In this document: piece after piece, positions 62,404 to 64,000 of the stretch
Layout: the number at the start of each line of letters is the position of its first letter
Position numbering within the stretch: position 1 is the stretch's first letter
Origin: Isurus oxyrinchus
Taxonomy: Eukaryota
Length of the DNA: 64,000 nucleotides
Direction of reading: 5' to 3'
NCBI GenBank assembly: GCA_026770705.1
Contig: JANJGN010000005.1
Coordinates: 26,040,001 to 26,104,000, forward strand
The notes under the pieces: generated by a model
Seen by the model: the letters and a program-made list of their open reading frames with translations, nothing else
What the model was told of the DNA's origin: nothing
The model's database searches: none
Made by a program: the position numbers and the translations under genes

Positions 62404-62713
62404 TAGTGAGAAACTGAGTAGGCTTCATCCTCCAATCAGGAACAGCGGACAATGACGATATCTAATCTTGCATAAAACACTCACAGTAAAATGATGCTTT
62501 TCCATGCTTCGGCTATGAAATGAGAGAAAATTGGAACTCTGGTTGAACATGCTCTTCAAAATTGACTCAGAACAGTAACATTTTTAGGTTTCATTCTCAT
62601 GAAAACTCAGAATAAATGATCTGATGCTTCAGATGTAGTTCAAACCATTTCCCACACTGACAGTGATTGACACAGATTTGTAACTATAGAACTGGATTTT
62701 ACAGCAGATTTAC

Positions 62714-62785
62714 CTCATTCGTGATGTCGTAAACTATAACGGCTGCGGCAGACCCACGGTAATACATCGGAGCCAGTGAGTGGAA
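62714..62785 (-). CDS. RAB31: RAB31 coding exon (equivalent to human exon 4), 72 nt: FHSLAPMYYRGSAAAVIVYDITNE
   Basis: Minus strand reads ttcctattag|TTCCACTCA...ACGAATGAG|gtaaat. The translation carries the Rab switch II/RabF4 motif (LAPMYYRG). FHSL and AAAVIV match RAB31 rather than RAB22A (FRAL, AAAIIV). Phase 0/0. Confidence 0.96.
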
Positions 62786-63089
62786 CTAATAGGAACAAAT
62801 GACAAAACAAATTAAACAATCTTAATGCATCCATTTTATAAATGAATACTTATTTATTTTATAACACAGACCCTTCAGGCCACTAGTTTGTATGCAGGAA
62901 ATTTAAAGAATTAAAAATCACATTCTGAACTTTTAACAAATATTTAACTTGTTTATTTCTTCACTTACTAAGTTAAAGCAAGACCTGCATTTATATAGTG
63001 CCATTCATGACCATCAGAATTCCAAAGTGCTTTACAGTCAATGAAGCACTTTTGAATTGTAGTCACAGTTGTAATGCAGGAAACACAAT

Positions 63090-64000
63090 GGGCTAAATCA
63101 CTCCAGATTTGCACTAATTGCGTTAGCGGGTGGGTAAAACGACATTTCACACTGTATCACCCCAAACCTGCCGCAGTAGTTATGCATTCCTGGGAAACAA
63201 GGAGTTTTGACGGCAGGTGGGCTCTCCTACGCCCGCCACACCATCACCTCGCCACTTCATCACGTTGGGTGCCATATTTAAACTCCAGACCCGCGCACAC
63301 ATCTCAGTTCTTCCAGCCCAGGACTAATTTAGGGAAGATGTCCACGAAAGGCAGGTTTAATGACACGTCACTGGAACATCTTTTGGGTGCTGGGGATGCC
63401 TGCTGCGATATCCAGTACCCCGGCTCTGGCTGCAGGATGGGCAGTGGTGTGACCAAACAAGCTTGGTAGGTGGTGGCAGCGGTGATCAGTGCCATGCTGC
63501 ACAGAAGAGGTTGGCCATCCAATGCAGATAGAGGATGAATGGTCTCATCCGTACAACCAGGGTATGGCAACCATCTCAGCACTCTAAACCCATATACTGG
63601 AGCCAATCTCACACTCACTGGCATCCCATTCACTGCCAGCTGAAGGGACATCACCACCCATTCTCACACACATACCCTCACATGTCCATCTGACCTCATC
63701 TCCTCTGGGGACCGCCTCTTCAACCCTCACCATCTTGAGGCCACTTGCACAGATCACCATGTGCCCTCACACACACCCCAGGTTACCCTCCTACCCCAGT
63801 ACAACACTCATCCTGCAGCCTCCTCCCTTGCTTGAGGCCATTTCTCCCATTTCCCCAAGTAAGCCCTAGCCCTGCAGCCTTTGAAAAGCTACCCACACAT
63901 GGCTGATCTGGTCGATGGAGATCTGCAGTGAGGCCCCCTAAAAGTGATGTGGTGCTGCCTGTGAAGCATGGCACTGATGACTGCGAGTGCTGACCACAGC
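63090..64000 (+). mobile_element. PIF/Harbinger left end with Myb/SANT-like pseudogene exon (63338-63562)
   Basis: MSTKGRFNDTSLEHLL...VTKQAW*VVAAVISA / KRLAIQCR*RMN, a Myb_DNA-bind_5-like pattern (RF...L..LL...W......QC.KR). Stops and a frameshift are present. Confidence 0.7.

Overview
This is eukaryotic, repeat-rich vertebrate DNA. The repeat families suggest a cartilaginous fish such as a shark, which is an inference. The only host gene is RAB31 (a Rab5/22-family small GTPase) on the minus strand. Four coding exons, equivalent to human exons 4-7, lie at 62714-62785, 53786-53892, 53235-53344 and 10230-10327. All have GT-AG boundaries, splice in frame and end in a CC prenylation motif, followed by a probable ~3.2 kb 3'UTR. 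The ORF track misses all four exons. The rest is mostly decayed transposable elements: CR1 LINEs, a second CR1/L2-group LINE with its partner tRNA-SINE, Deu-type SINEs, RTE, L2 and Tx1 fragments, PIF/Harbinger remnants and MITEs, Penelope-like elements (PLEs) and a 2.2 kb G/C-skewed minisatellite. The most notable structure is three ~215-235 bp non-coding palindromic mini-elements. Each consists of inverted PLE pseudo-LTRs with a minimal hammerhead-ribozyme-like motif (variant core CUGUYGA), a ~34-40 nt unpaired tail and a 10-14 bp target-site duplication. One lies in the putative RAB31 3'UTR. Repeat boundaries were judged by eye and are approximate.
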